In this document: in pieces, positions 30,962 through 41,723 of the stretch
Numbering within the stretch: the stretch's first letter is position 1
Layout: the number at the start of each line of letters is the position of its first letter
Origin: a virus
Lineage: Duplodnaviria; Caudoviricetes
Direction: 5' to 3' (one strand)
IMG/VR virus record: IMGVR_UViG_3300043078_000170
Length of the DNA stretch: 64,000 nucleotides
Translations under genes and position numbers: made by a program
The notes under the pieces: model-generated
The model's database searches: none
Told to the model about the DNA's origin: nothing
The model's input: the letters and a program-made list of their open reading frames with translations, nothing else

Positions 30962-31315
30962 ATGAAGTTCAAGTTTAGTGAATCCTATTCTGTAAACGAA
31001 GAAAAGGGAGTATGCGTTTGCGTATTAAAGTGTAAGAACATTTTTATCGCAAAGACTATTAATGAAGCTCTTAGATTCATTCTTAGAGAATCAAATAGTA
31101 AGGGCGTTAAACTTCCTCCAAACTGTTATATTCCAACTATGTTTAAGGGTACAGCAGTTTGTTATACAGAAGACGAATTTGACAGATCAACAGGACGTAA
31201 GATTGCTAGAGAAAAGGCTTATGACCAGTTTTCTAGATGGGCAGATAAGTATGAATCCAATATTAAGTTTTTAACTGAAGAAGTTCTTAAGAAGTTCAAG
31301 GTAGAAAAGAAGTAA
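30962..31315 (+). CDS. Hypothetical early protein
   Basis: AAGGAG RBS; C.TEDEFD..TGRKIA..KA pattern seen in small phage proteins. Confidence 0.65.
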   Translation: MKFKFSESYSVNEEKGVCVCVLKCKNIFIAKTINEALRFILRESNSKGVKLPPNCYIPTMFKGTAVCYTEDEFDRSTGRKIAREKAYDQFSRWADKYESNIKFLTEEVLKKFKVEKK

Positions 31316-31366
31316 ATAATTTTTACTTAACACTTCTTTATAGTTTCTATAAGGAAGTGACTTAAT

Positions 31367-31720
31367 ATGAAACAACAACAAAAGCAAAAACATAAAACTA
31401 AATTAAATCAAAATCCATTAACTTTTACTAAAAGATTAGTTATATTAATCTTATGGTTGTCTATAGTATGGGTAACTTGGTCTTATATATTAGCAACTAT
31501 TGCAGTAATTAAGTATGGAGAGTCTAGTGTTGTAGAATCTCTTAGTGAGCGTATTGTCGAAGCATTAATAGCTACAATATTAGGTTATTTATGTAAAGCT
31601 TATTTTGAAACTAAGAATGAAGAAAAAAATCGTATTCAAGAAAAACAAATAGATTTGGATTCATCTCAAGAAGAATTACAAGATGACCCAGATCCAACAA
31701 ATCGTAATTATATGGGTTAA
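31367..31720 (+). CDS. Holin-like membrane protein
   Basis: Two hydrophobic helices, charged C-terminus, late promoter, close to the endolysin. Confidence 0.5.
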   Translation: MKQQQKQKHKTKLNQNPLTFTKRLVILILWLSIVWVTWSYILATIAVIKYGESSVVESLSERIVEALIATILGYLCKAYFETKNEEKNRIQEKQIDLDSSQEELQDDPDPTNRNYMG

Positions 31721-31768
31721 AGAGAGTTAATCTCTTTAACCCTATTTATAATCTAGGAGGAAATTAAA

Positions 31769-31960
31769 ATGATCAAAAAGAAGACTTTTATGGTAGTAGA
31801 AACTAAGACTTATTACGTTGAAATTGAAAAGGAAGTTGATGAAGAATTACAAGAAGAAGTTGATTGGGATGCATTAGTTGATAAGCACATTGATGATGAA
31901 AAATATCATATTAATGAAGATCTTGATATTAATGTAATAGAATGTGATGATGAGGGATAA
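31769..31960 (+). CDS. Small acidic hypothetical protein
   Basis: AGGAGG RBS. Confidence 0.6.
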   Translation: MIKKKTFMVVETKTYYVEIEKEVDEELQEEVDWDALVDKHIDDEKYHINEDLDINVIECDDEG

Positions 31961-32144
31961 TACTATGAATAATATTGAAGATCTTGAAAATGCCATTATA
32001 GAAATATTAGAAATAATAACTAAAAATAATAATACTATATTTCCTTTCTAAATCGTAATAAACTTATGAATTAAATTTATATTATTATTATGATTAAACT
32101 GTTCGTTAACAAAAATATAGAACAGAATGAAAGGAGTCATTATT

Positions 32145-32468
32145 ATGACAGCATACGACGCATATGTATTAATGAGTGAGGTTACTGTTGCCTCGTTCAT
32201 TGAAGCTATGGGTGCTCTTATTGGAGCAATCTTCTTTGGTGCTATTACAATGAGCATCTATGGAGGAAAAAAGAGAAACTATCGTTGCTGTGGTTTCTCA
32301 AGATTGCTTGGAGGAATTACTAGATTCTTCTGGGTAATTTTTATCTTCACAATTTCTATTACTGTAATATCCACTGCAGTTCTTGCACTTGATAGTTTGA
32401 ATTACGGTACTGGAATTATTGATCATATGAAAGAAATGTTTTTGAGCATTTTACATATGATCTTTTAA
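32145..32468 (+). CDS. Early membrane protein
   Basis: TATATTAT at 32078, AAGGAG RBS, two hydrophobic helices, terminator at ~32474-32526. Confidence 0.6.
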   Translation: MTAYDAYVLMSEVTVASFIEAMGALIGAIFFGAITMSIYGGKKRNYRCCGFSRLLGGITRFFWVIFIFTISITVISTAVLALDSLNYGTGIIDHMKEMFLSILHMIF

Positions 32469-32591
32469 AAAGTTAGGCACTCCCATAATATTTCAAATTA
32501 AATATATGGGAGTGTCTTTTTTTTTTCATAGTTATATATAAATTTTATAATCCAACATTCAATTATTCTAATTTGAATGGAGTGTTATTTT

Positions 32592-33692
32592 ATGTCTAAT
32601 TATGTATATTCAGGTGTTGATTTATCACAGCACAATGGACAAGTTGATTTTAAAAAGTTAAAAGCTGGCGGTTATGACTTTGTTATTTTAAGAGCAGGCT
32701 ATGGTAGATTAACTTCTCAGAAAGACAAAATGTTTGATTCTTATTATAAAGATGCAGTTGCAGCAGGATTAGAAGTTGGTTGTTATTGGTTTAGTTATGC
32801 AACAACTATTGAAGAAGCTAAACTAGAAGCTAAAGCTTTCTTATCTGTAATTAGTGGTAAGAAGTTTTCATTCCCTTGTTACTATGACGTAGAAGATACT
32901 AAGACTTCTTTAAAGAGTAGTACAAGTAAAGCAACAGCTACAGGAATGGTTAATGCTTGGTGTAAAGCTGTTGAAGATGCAGGTTATAAAGCAGGTCTTT
33001 ATACTTTTTATTCAGCTATTAATAGATTTAATATTAGTGAAATTAAATATGAAAAATGGTTAGCTAAATGGTCTTCTTCTATGGGCACTTGCTCTTCTAC
33101 AGATTGGGCTATGTGGCAATATGCTGTTATGGGTTCTTCTTCTGAAAGCACAAAATCTGGAAAAGTTCCTGGATGTGAAAATTGCTCTGGTGTAGATATG
33201 GATTATTCTTATAAAGATTACCCAAAGATTATTGGTGTGTCTTTCTCAGGTAAAACAACAACTACAACTACAACAACTTCTAATACATCCACATCTACTA
33301 CAACAAGCACTTTAAAGTCTGTTGAAACAATTGCTAAAGAAGTAATTGATGGTAAGTGGGGTAATGGTGATGCTAGAAAGAAAGCTTTAACAGAAGCTGG
33401 ATATAATTATACAGCAGTTCAAACAGCGGTAAATAAATTAGTAAGTAGCTCATCTTCTACTAAGACTACTACGGTTATTAAGACTGGTAGTAAATTAACT
33501 TTAAAGAATGTTAATTTATATGCATCCGCAACTAGTGCATCTGCAACTAAGAAATTAACTGGTACTTATTATGTTTATTCAGATTCAAAGACTAATAATA
33601 GAATTAGAATAACTAATTCAAGTTCTAATGTTGGAAAAACTCCTGCTGGTAATTATGTAACTGGTTGGGTTAAATATTCTGATATTATTTAA
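32592..33692 (+). CDS. Endolysin: GH25 muramidase, Thr/Ser linker, CW_7 repeat and C-terminal cell-wall-binding domain
   Basis: GVDLSQHNG, FVILRAGYG, YYDVED and WQY motifs; KSVETIAKEVIDGKWGNGDARKKAL (CW_7). Confidence 0.9.
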   Translation: MSNYVYSGVDLSQHNGQVDFKKLKAGGYDFVILRAGYGRLTSQKDKMFDSYYKDAVAAGLEVGCYWFSYATTIEEAKLEAKAFLSVISGKKFSFPCYYDVEDTKTSLKSSTSKATATGMVNAWCKAVEDAGYKAGLYTFYSAINRFNISEIKYEKWLAKWSSSMGTCSSTDWAMWQYAVMGSSSESTKSGKVPGCENCSGVDMDYSYKDYPKIIGVSFSGKTTTTTTTTSNTSTSTTTSTLKSVETIAKEVIDGKWGNGDARKKALTEAGYNYTAVQTAVNKLVSSSSSTKTTTVIKTGSKLTLKNVNLYASATSASATKKLTGTYYVYSDSKTNNRIRITNSSSNVGKTPAGNYVTGWVKYSDII

Positions 33693-33735
33693 ATAAAATC
33701 CCTATATGGTTTTTTTAAACCATATAGGGTAATTT

Positions 33736-34146
33736 TTAATTATTCTGATATAAAATAGTCTTATCGTATTTAGTTGCAATTGTATGTTCAATAACACAAC
33801 CACGATACTTTTCCCAATCTTTACAGAAGAAAACATAATCGCAATCAGACATCTTTACAATTGACTGACCTAATAAATAAACTGCATTATTTGAGCTTGT
33901 ATTATATCCATCAATGAATTTAATATTTACATAAGGATTAATAGCTTTAATTAAAACTTCTGCATCATGCTGAGCTTTTTCAATATTACTTAAAATATCA
34001 TTTTCATTTTTTCCATTCATAGGAAGACTGATAAAACATTTAACTTCATTTCTAATTTCTTTTTCTCTTTCATCAACTACTGCTTTTCCAATAACAGTAC
34101 CTAAAATTAAACCTGAAACTAAACCAATTGCTGTTGAACTTTTCAT
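33736..34146 (-). CDS. DUF4406-like (nucleoside deoxyribosyltransferase-like) protein with a hydrophobic N-terminus
   Basis: FISLPMNG...CDYVFFCKDWEKYRGCVIEHTIA. Confidence 0.65.
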   Translation of the reverse strand: MKSSTAIGLVSGLILGTVIGKAVVDEREKEIRNEVKCFISLPMNGKNENDILSNIEKAQHDAEVLIKAINPYVNIKFIDGYNTSSNNAVYLLGQSIVKMSDCDYVFFCKDWEKYRGCVIEHTIATKYDKTILYQNN

Positions 34147-34161
34147 AATAAAATTTCCTCC

Positions 34162-34638
34162 TTAAATACAATATCTCATATAAATAATATTATCCTTTAA
34201 TGAAACCTTAATTTCAAATACAGTTGTCCATAATAAACCTCTTAAAGTTTCATTAATATCACCATAAATCTTTTTTAAAGTTTCATCTTCATTAATAATA
34301 GTTAAAATAGCTAATGTTGTTTTATCTAAGATTTGTTCATTAATTTCTTTAACTATCTTATTAATCTCTATACTTTGTTCAGACTTTTTAGAAAGTCTTT
34401 TTTCATCATATATATAACCCTTTTTTCTAATTGTGAAAATAGGTGTATTTAAACTAATAAATTTTCTTTTACTTGCTGAAGTAAATTCAAAATCTTCTGA
34501 ATCATCAATTAGATTCCTAATTAAATCAATAAAATTTGATAAACCAATATTCTTAAGAATATTCTTTCTCATTTTTTGAATTTGTTCTAGTTCTTGAGTA
34601 TCTTCTTCAGTAAATAAATTTTCTAAATTATTTGGCAT
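34162..34638 (-). CDS. Hypothetical protein
   Basis: 158 aa ORF in an operon with rusA. Confidence 0.6.
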   Translation of the reverse strand: MPNNLENLFTEEDTQELEQIQKMRKNILKNIGLSNFIDLIRNLIDDSEDFEFTSASKRKFISLNTPIFTIRKKGYIYDEKRLSKKSEQSIEINKIVKEINEQILDKTTLAILTIINEDETLKKIYGDINETLRGLLWTTVFEIKVSLKDNIIYMRYCI

Positions 34639-34641
34639 AAG

Positions 34642-35184
34642 TTATTTCATCCTTTCTAATAAAAAGTTTTTTATTTCTTCGTTATCAACTTTTTCATCTA
34701 TATTATTATTTAGTCCATATTTCTTTTCAATATTTTCAGAAATTATTTCACTATCATTATTAAAAAATATTTTTTCTAAACTATCATAAATTGTTTTAGC
34801 ACAATTATCTATATCTGGTTTTTTATTAAAAGGTATATAACCATTTAAAGCATTATATTGTTTTGATATAGACCAACTTAATAGAGGTTTAGAAGTTAAT
34901 GATATATAGCTTTTTATACTATATTCTTCTCCTAAGAAACAAGGTATATTTTTTAAATCAATTTCAGTTAATATTTTTTTCCTTATAACTTCTTTATAAG
35001 TTTTCATGGGATCATAGATATTTCTAAATTTTCCTGAACGAGGTCTCATTTGTGGTTCAATTAATTGATCTATATTAATTTTATAAATATAATGATTATC
35101 ATCTACTTTTTCATAATCAACTGTAATAATAGATTCTTTAATTTTATCATTTTTATTTTTTATAGTATTTTCTGCTATACCCAT
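34642..35184 (-). CDS. rusA: RusA-family Holliday junction resolvase
   Basis: PQMRPR; KKPDIDNCAKTIYDSL...NDSEI. Confidence 0.75.
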   Translation of the reverse strand: MGIAENTIKNKNDKIKESIITVDYEKVDDNHYIYKINIDQLIEPQMRPRSGKFRNIYDPMKTYKEVIRKKILTEIDLKNIPCFLGEEYSIKSYISLTSKPLLSWSISKQYNALNGYIPFNKKPDIDNCAKTIYDSLEKIFFNNDSEIISENIEKKYGLNNNIDEKVDNEEIKNFLLERMK

Positions 35185-35287
35185 AACGTTACTCCTTTAT
35201 TGATTTTATACAAATATGTTAGTTTTATATTTAAATATAAAACTAACTTAATATTATAAAAATTCCATATAGAAAGAAGGTTTATCC

Positions 35288-36100
35288 ATGAATAATCAAC
35301 TTAATGATTTCATAAAACCATTAAAAGGTAGAGTAGAAATTTTTGATGATAAAGGAAATAAAATTAGAGATGTTAATAACTTAATTTTAGGTTCTACTAG
35401 ATTAGCTATTTTATATAATTTATTCAGAGATCCAAAGATATTAGCAACAGGAATTACAGAAGGTTATTTTAAAAAATCTACTAATGATGCTAAGAAAAAT
35501 TATATTCCAACTATTTGTGGATTTATGTTTGGTTGTAATGGTGCAAACGTTTCTAATCCAAGTATATTAAGAGTACCAAGTCCTAGAGATAATTTTACAT
35601 CAACTGGATCATTAGATAATAATAGTACAAGTTTTATTCCTGTTTCATTATTATCTTTAGCTAGTACAAGTGGTGAAATGCTTAATACTTCAGGAAGCTT
35701 TCAGAATGTTGATGAATTCATTACAAACCCTGTAATTAGTTCTTCAGTTATTTCTAATCAAGAAACAAGCACTGTTAAATATTTTACGCCTGATTCATTA
35801 GAAGATGAAGGAAATTATTATTGTAAAGCAATTAATACTTCTAACTCTTCTATTAGTATAGATTCAGAAAATTATGAAATTGAATATATTATTAAATTTG
35901 AAATTGGACCTTATGATTTAATTGGTAAATCATTTAATGAAATTGGTTTAGTATTAGCTAATTGTGATTTAACAAATGGTGTAATTACTGATGTTGATAC
36001 TTCAACAGTAGTATTAGCAAGTAGACTTACATTTGATGAAATTTCATTATCAAGACAGCTTTTAGCTTCATTTAATATTAGATATCATATTTACATTTAA
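35288..36100 (+). CDS. Putative virion structural (baseplate/tail) protein
   Basis: LKGRVEIFD...NLI and FNEIGL...SRLTF...YHIYI pattern; S/T/N-rich. Confidence 0.5.
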   Translation: MNNQLNDFIKPLKGRVEIFDDKGNKIRDVNNLILGSTRLAILYNLFRDPKILATGITEGYFKKSTNDAKKNYIPTICGFMFGCNGANVSNPSILRVPSPRDNFTSTGSLDNNSTSFIPVSLLSLASTSGEMLNTSGSFQNVDEFITNPVISSSVISNQETSTVKYFTPDSLEDEGNYYCKAINTSNSSISIDSENYEIEYIIKFEIGPYDLIGKSFNEIGLVLANCDLTNGVITDVDTSTVVLASRLTFDEISLSRQLLASFNIRYHIYI

Positions 36101-36138
36101 TAAAATCCCTAATACCTTAAATGGTATTAGGGAAAAAT

Positions 36139-36981
36139 TTATTTACAATTACATATTGCTTTTAAATTCTTAAATTCTACTAACTTTAATGTATTAGCAG
36201 TTTCCATAATAGTATAGTCTAAAATAGTTTCAAGCATTGCCATATCCTGAAGATTATCTGGATCAGTTAAATCTGTATTATCAATAGTTTCTTGAATATT
36301 ATTTTCAAATAAATATCTAAATAATGATTTACTAGGATCTACATATTTTTCTTCATTTATCAAAGATTCTTTAATAATTGATGCTTTCTTTTCATTCTTT
36401 AAACTATCAGCAGTTTTAAGCTTAATACATTCAATAACATATGAAGTTAGCATATTTTCGCTATTTACAGTATTTTCAATTACTCTACCTAAATCACAGC
36501 TATTATGATTAACTAATTCTTCTTTAAGCATATAAACACCAGTCTGAAAAATATCATCAAAACCACTATTTTCTTTAATAGACATCATTCCATTTTGATT
36601 ACATAAATCATAGAATTCATTAGTATGCTCTCTAATATATTGATAGTTAGCATTCTTAATAACATCATCTACTAATAATGATTCATATACAGTATAGAAG
36701 AATAAATCTCTTGTAAGATTATCAATTTGTTCATTAATATAATTAGTCTTCTGATTTACTTCATATGTATCATTCTTTTCCATTTTATGCCTTGTTGAAA
36801 TATTTGAATAAAAACTTTCTTTTAAAGCTTCATGCTTTTTATAATCAATAATATCATCAGTTTCTCTTAAAGCATCAAATGATTCTAAAAGTTCTTGAGT
36901 TTTAGCAGATCTTTCTCTTCTCTTCTGAGCTGCTTTAGTATTATAGGTACTTAGAATTTTTTCTTCATGAAAATGTTGCAT
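36139..36981 (-). CDS. Hypothetical late protein, possibly a head component
   Basis: Late promoter at 37013-37024; many L/I-x-E-S sites. Confidence 0.6.
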   Translation of the reverse strand: MQHFHEEKILSTYNTKAAQKRRERSAKTQELLESFDALRETDDIIDYKKHEALKESFYSNISTRHKMEKNDTYEVNQKTNYINEQIDNLTRDLFFYTVYESLLVDDVIKNANYQYIREHTNEFYDLCNQNGMMSIKENSGFDDIFQTGVYMLKEELVNHNSCDLGRVIENTVNSENMLTSYVIECIKLKTADSLKNEKKASIIKESLINEEKYVDPSKSLFRYLFENNIQETIDNTDLTDPDNLQDMAMLETILDYTIMETANTLKLVEFKNLKAICNCK

Positions 36982-37146
36982 TTTCGGTACACCTCACTTT
37001 TCTTAAAAAATATAACTTTTTGTTTTAAATGTTAAAATGTATTTAATTATAATACTAAATATATATTATAATTGTGATAAGAGAGTAATGCTCCCTATAA
37101 AGACTCCTTATCTTATTTATAATTTATGGGTGCGGAAAGGTCTATT

Positions 37147-37416
37147 ATGGCTACTATTTATTTAACTTCAAAGGCAAAACTCAACATTCAGCTTACTGAG
37201 GGCGGTAGTCCTCTTTATGCCCGTGTCGAGGTGGAAGGACTTCCTCTCCAGCCTAGAAGCAACCTTGGCGGTATCTATCCTAATTTGGAAGATATCGTAG
37301 AAGGACTTGGATTCTATGGATTCACCTTCACAGACTTTGGTACTGATGAAACCGCTGAATCGGTAGGAATTCTTTCCAATGAGAAGCTTGAAGAGATTAT
37401 GAATATTGTCAAGTAA
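37147..37416 (+). CDS. Hypothetical early protein
   Basis: TATATTAT at 37062, GAAAGG RBS, higher GC than flanks, own terminator. Confidence 0.6.
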   Translation: MATIYLTSKAKLNIQLTEGGSPLYARVEVEGLPLQPRSNLGGIYPNLEDIVEGLGFYGFTFTDFGTDETAESVGILSNEKLEEIMNIVK

Positions 37417-37530
37417 CTCATGAAAAAAAAAAATACACTATCAAACTGCGTTAGGGAAACCAAGTGGTTATGTGTATTTTTTTTTTAATAAAAAGCTAAA
37501 GGTTTAATAAACCTTTAGCTTTTATTTTTT

Positions 37531-40500
37531 TTATAATTTATAAGTAATATTAATTACATAATCATATGTAGAATATTTAAGTAAATCAAATATATCATCA
37601 CTATATGTAATAGTATCTTCATTAGTTTTAATTACTGATTTCTTTACATTTAAATATTCAGGAACATACACTCTTATTTCATCTTTTGTCATTTCATTAA
37701 AATCAAAATCATTGTCAATTAATTGATAGTCATTATTTTTAGAACTATTATTACTATCTACAATATCACTAAATATACCGTTATATTTAATATATTTAAT
37801 AATTGGGAAATTATTTTGTAATGAAACTATTAAATTGGATATAGGCAATATTAATTCATCGTTTGTTTGTTCTACAAAGTCTGAAATATATTTTTTAATT
37901 TCTTCATCCTTTTCACTAGTAATACTTTCATTAACATATATTGTAAAATCTAATATAATATCAGTTCTTCCTAAATAATTGTACTTAGTATAAGAGTTTG
38001 TAGTTACAACTGTATTTTTATAAGGATTATAATCATCAGCTTCTATATCAACTTCTTCATTAGTTTCAGAATCTAAATAAGTAGTTTTAGTTATAGCTTC
38101 TTTATTAAAATAGAAGTATCTTGAAGGTCCATAAGTATTATAAAACTTCATATCACAGTTTGTATTATTTTCTAATCTAGGTAATAAACTATCAACAATA
38201 TCTATAAATTTATTTAAAATATCATAAATCATTTCTGGTCTAGCCATATAATATCTTAATGAAATTAATGGAACTAATTCTAAATCATAGGTATCATTAT
38301 CTTCATCATAAGTTACTATTGAACTCATAAGACTAGACATATTTTGATACATCTTTACAGTATTTGAATTATTAATTACTGTAGCTAAAACATAGTTACT
38401 AATTTCATCTCTACTATTGGCAGAACCATCTACATCATCATCTGTTCTAGATAATACAATTGAATTAACCAATAATTCATCAGTGCTTACAGCAATTGTC
38501 TTATTACCAGTTGCAGATTTAGTACTTCTATATACATTATAGAACATAACTGCTACTCTATCCATACTATCTACATTTGATAATATACTATAACCTAATT
38601 GACCTAACATATTTACAGCTTCTTTATCTCTTCTATAAATAACAGGGCTTTCTGAATCAGGATCATTATTAGAATAGTCTGTAGAAATTAATTTTACATA
38701 ACTTTCACTATTTTCATCAACATTTTCACTTTCAGTAATTTTAATAATACTTTGAATTTCAAATGTAATATATTTATAACCATCTTTATCAAATGTTTTA
38801 GTAATTTTAATATTATCATTAGTGTTTCCAAAATTAGCTTGTGCTTCATCATAATATAATTTATGACCAATTTCCACATAATAAGTATCATCTGTTGTAG
38901 AAAATACAAAATTAGGAATAACTATTTTAACATAACCATTTAATAATAAATGATTAGTGTCTGCATCTTTATTAGTAACAGGATAAGAATCTTTAATAGT
39001 AATTGATAATTTACCATCTTTAAGGCTATGTTCATTACTAAAATAAGAAATAACACCCATTGAATTTAAATAATCTTCATTACTAGACCAATCAAATTCT
39101 TTATCTTCATAGAATTGATAATTGTTTCCTGATGTACCGCTTGAATTAGAATTATCTAAAGCAACTGGTAAGAATAGAACTGAATCAACACTTCTATAAC
39201 CTTTCCAAGGATCATTATCAGTAGTACTATAATATTCTGATTGATTTGTTAATTCACTACATTCACTAAATTCCATAGGAGAAGTATCTGAAATAATTTC
39301 AACAGGATCTTCAATAGTCTGAATAAAACCAACTGGGAAAGGATAATACCAATCAGCTTTTTCATCTTTAGTTTGTGTAGCTGCTAAGTTTTGATCGTAT
39401 AATAATATACCTATTTGGAAACAAATATCTTCTTCAATAGGAACTGATTTATATAATTGACTTCTATAATTATCGCTTGATGAAGAATTCTTATATAAGC
39501 AATTATACATATTAAGCATTCCACTATTAAATGTATAATCAGTAGCTAATTCTGCTTCATAAGTATAACTATAAGAAACTACACCAGATGTATTTGTTTC
39601 AACATCTTTTAATTTAAAGAAGAAATGACCAAATGTTTTAGAATCTTTTGCATCAGTCATAATACATTTAATAACTACTTTATTCTTTAAATCACTATAA
39701 CTTAAATTAGTATTTAAATTAAATGATAATTTATATACATTAGAATCTAGTGTATATTTATTTGTAGCTGTAGGACTAATATCTTTAGATATTGAAAGAG
39801 TACTTATACTAAATGATGCACCTACTTTACTATTTAAATATTTATAGTCTAATGAAACGCTATTGTTAATATCCATATTATAATAAGTAGCTTTTAAAAA
39901 TGGTTCAGTTTCAATAGAAATCATAAATGGAATAGTATATACTAATTCATCACTATCTACTTCAAAGAATTGCATTATATCATATATACTAGTTAAATTA
40001 TCAAGAGCTATTTCATAAGAAGCTTTCTTTTGATCAATAATATTTTGGAAATAATTATTGTCTAAAATATATTTGATATAATCTTGTGAATATCTTATAT
40101 TATTAGTTTTATCAAAATAATTTTCAAAATTATCTACAACTAAGTCACTATCTGTTTTTAAAGCATTATAATTAGGAACATCTCTTACATAGTTACATTT
40201 AACTATAGAATGTTCTTTAATAGCTAATTTAGTTTTTTTAGTTTCACCATTAGATGTTGAAGTTGTATCACCTACAGAAAGTAAATCGTCTGCTTTAATA
40301 ATTAAATGAGGAGCTGTATTAGTAGGTAAAACACGTTCATTTTCATCTCTTAATAATAAGAAATTACAATAAATTCTTTTAATTACATCATCCTGCTTTT
40401 TTAAGAATTGAATTGTACTACCATTTATATTTAAAGATTCATTAACAGAATCAAAGAATTTTAATAAATCATTATCAGTAATAATATTATTTCTAGTAGT

Positions 40501-41703
40501 AAGTCTTTCTAGAATTTTAGTTTTTTGTCCATAGATATCTAATCTATCTTTACCACCAGAAGCACCATCACTGATAGTTTCACAAGTGAAGTCTAAATAA
40601 CTATATGTAGAGTTATTAGTAAACTTCATAGTTACTCCACCTGAATAATCAAAATTAGCAGCAGTACCTAAAGTAGTATAAGTTCTAAAATAAATAGTAG
40701 AACCAGATGTTGGCACAAATCCATTAATACTATCTGAAGAAAATGATATTTGAAGAGTATTATCGTTTAAATAAGTATAATAAGCATAATATTCTTCTTC
40801 AGTAGGAGTATAAATATTATTAAAATAAAGATTTAAATTAGTCATTACTCCATTAAATTCGTATCTAGCATCAAAGAATGCTAATTGATTATCAAATGTA
40901 AATGTATGATATAAACTACTAGGATTACTTTCTGAAGTTGTAATAGTTACTTCATTAGTGGTCTTTTCAAATTGATATACTTGGAATCCAATATATACAT
41001 AATCTACACTATCTACATTTTCTTTCCAAACTTTTAAATAAGGTAAAGTACCTTCTTCTTCAGCAGGTGGAAAGCTTTCTGAAGTTGTATCATAATTTAC
41101 AGTATAACTATATGAATAATCATCATCAGATGAACCACTAATTTGTTGTATAGTTAATATAATTGGATAAGGTAAACTAAAATTATAATTACTTATAGTA
41201 AATAAAGTATTATCTCTAGTGAATGTTAGAGTATATACTTTTAAAGTATTTGAATCAGCATTAGTAACAGTATCTAATGATACTTCTTTTAGCATAGAGC
41301 TACTAGTTAAGCTACTTTCACTAATAGACATTTTAAGATACATTGTAGAAGGTGTAGCAGTATCAATTGGTACATTATAAATTTTTGCAAAATTATAAAC
41401 ACTTTCTGGTAATATAGCTGTATTTAAAAAATGTTCATCGTATAAGAAATTTTTATGATATACAGCATTTTTAATTTCATTAGAAGCTAATTCATTAAAA
41501 TAACCAAAAAATGAAGATTTTAAAGTACTGATATAAGGATTTCCTGAATTATCAATACCAAAATACTTTTGAATTAAATCAGACCAGTTATCAAATACAT
41601 TATAAGATGTTGAATTAATCTTAATTAAAGACTTTTCAACTGTATCTACAGATGGATCTGAATAATCTGTAGTAGGTATATTATTTGTAATATCAATAGC
41701 CAT
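37531..41703 (-). CDS. Baseplate wedge protein (T4 gp6/baseplate J-like)
   Basis: EHFLNTAILPESVYNFAK...ATPS; TTLGTAAN; ASGGKD...RNNIITDND. Confidence 0.7.
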   Translation of the reverse strand: MAIDITNNIPTTDYSDPSVDTVEKSLIKINSTSYNVFDNWSDLIQKYFGIDNSGNPYISTLKSSFFGYFNELASNEIKNAVYHKNFLYDEHFLNTAILPESVYNFAKIYNVPIDTATPSTMYLKMSISESSLTSSSMLKEVSLDTVTNADSNTLKVYTLTFTRDNTLFTISNYNFSLPYPIILTIQQISGSSDDDYSYSYTVNYDTTSESFPPAEEEGTLPYLKVWKENVDSVDYVYIGFQVYQFEKTTNEVTITTSESNPSSLYHTFTFDNQLAFFDARYEFNGVMTNLNLYFNNIYTPTEEEYYAYYTYLNDNTLQISFSSDSINGFVPTSGSTIYFRTYTTLGTAANFDYSGGVTMKFTNNSTYSYLDFTCETISDGASGGKDRLDIYGQKTKILERLTTRNNIITDNDLLKFFDSVNESLNINGSTIQFLKKQDDVIKRIYCNFLLLRDENERVLPTNTAPHLIIKADDLLSVGDTTSTSNGETKKTKLAIKEHSIVKCNYVRDVPNYNALKTDSDLVVDNFENYFDKTNNIRYSQDYIKYILDNNYFQNIIDQKKASYEIALDNLTSIYDIMQFFEVDSDELVYTIPFMISIETEPFLKATYYNMDINNSVSLDYKYLNSKVGASFSISTLSISKDISPTATNKYTLDSNVYKLSFNLNTNLSYSDLKNKVVIKCIMTDAKDSKTFGHFFFKLKDVETNTSGVVSYSYTYEAELATDYTFNSGMLNMYNCLYKNSSSSDNYRSQLYKSVPIEEDICFQIGILLYDQNLAATQTKDEKADWYYPFPVGFIQTIEDPVEIISDTSPMEFSECSELTNQSEYYSTTDNDPWKGYRSVDSVLFLPVALDNSNSSGTSGNNYQFYEDKEFDWSSNEDYLNSMGVISYFSNEHSLKDGKLSITIKDSYPVTNKDADTNHLLLNGYVKIVIPNFVFSTTDDTYYVEIGHKLYYDEAQANFGNTNDNIKITKTFDKDGYKYITFEIQSIIKITESENVDENSESYVKLISTDYSNNDPDSESPVIYRRDKEAVNMLGQLGYSILSNVDSMDRVAVMFYNVYRSTKSATGNKTIAVSTDELLVNSIVLSRTDDDVDGSANSRDEISNYVLATVINNSNTVKMYQNMSSLMSSIVTYDEDNDTYDLELVPLISLRYYMARPEMIYDILNKFIDIVDSLLPRLENNTNCDMKFYNTYGPSRYFYFNKEAITKTTYLDSETNEEVDIEADDYNPYKNTVVTTNSYTKYNYLGRTDIILDFTIYVNESITSEKDEEIKKYISDFVEQTNDELILPISNLIVSLQNNFPIIKYIKYNGIFSDIVDSNNSSKNNDYQLIDNDFDFNEMTKDEIRVYVPEYLNVKKSVIKTNEDTITYSDDIFDLLKYSTYDYVINITYKL

Positions 41704-41723
41704 CTTCTATATTTCCCTCCTTA

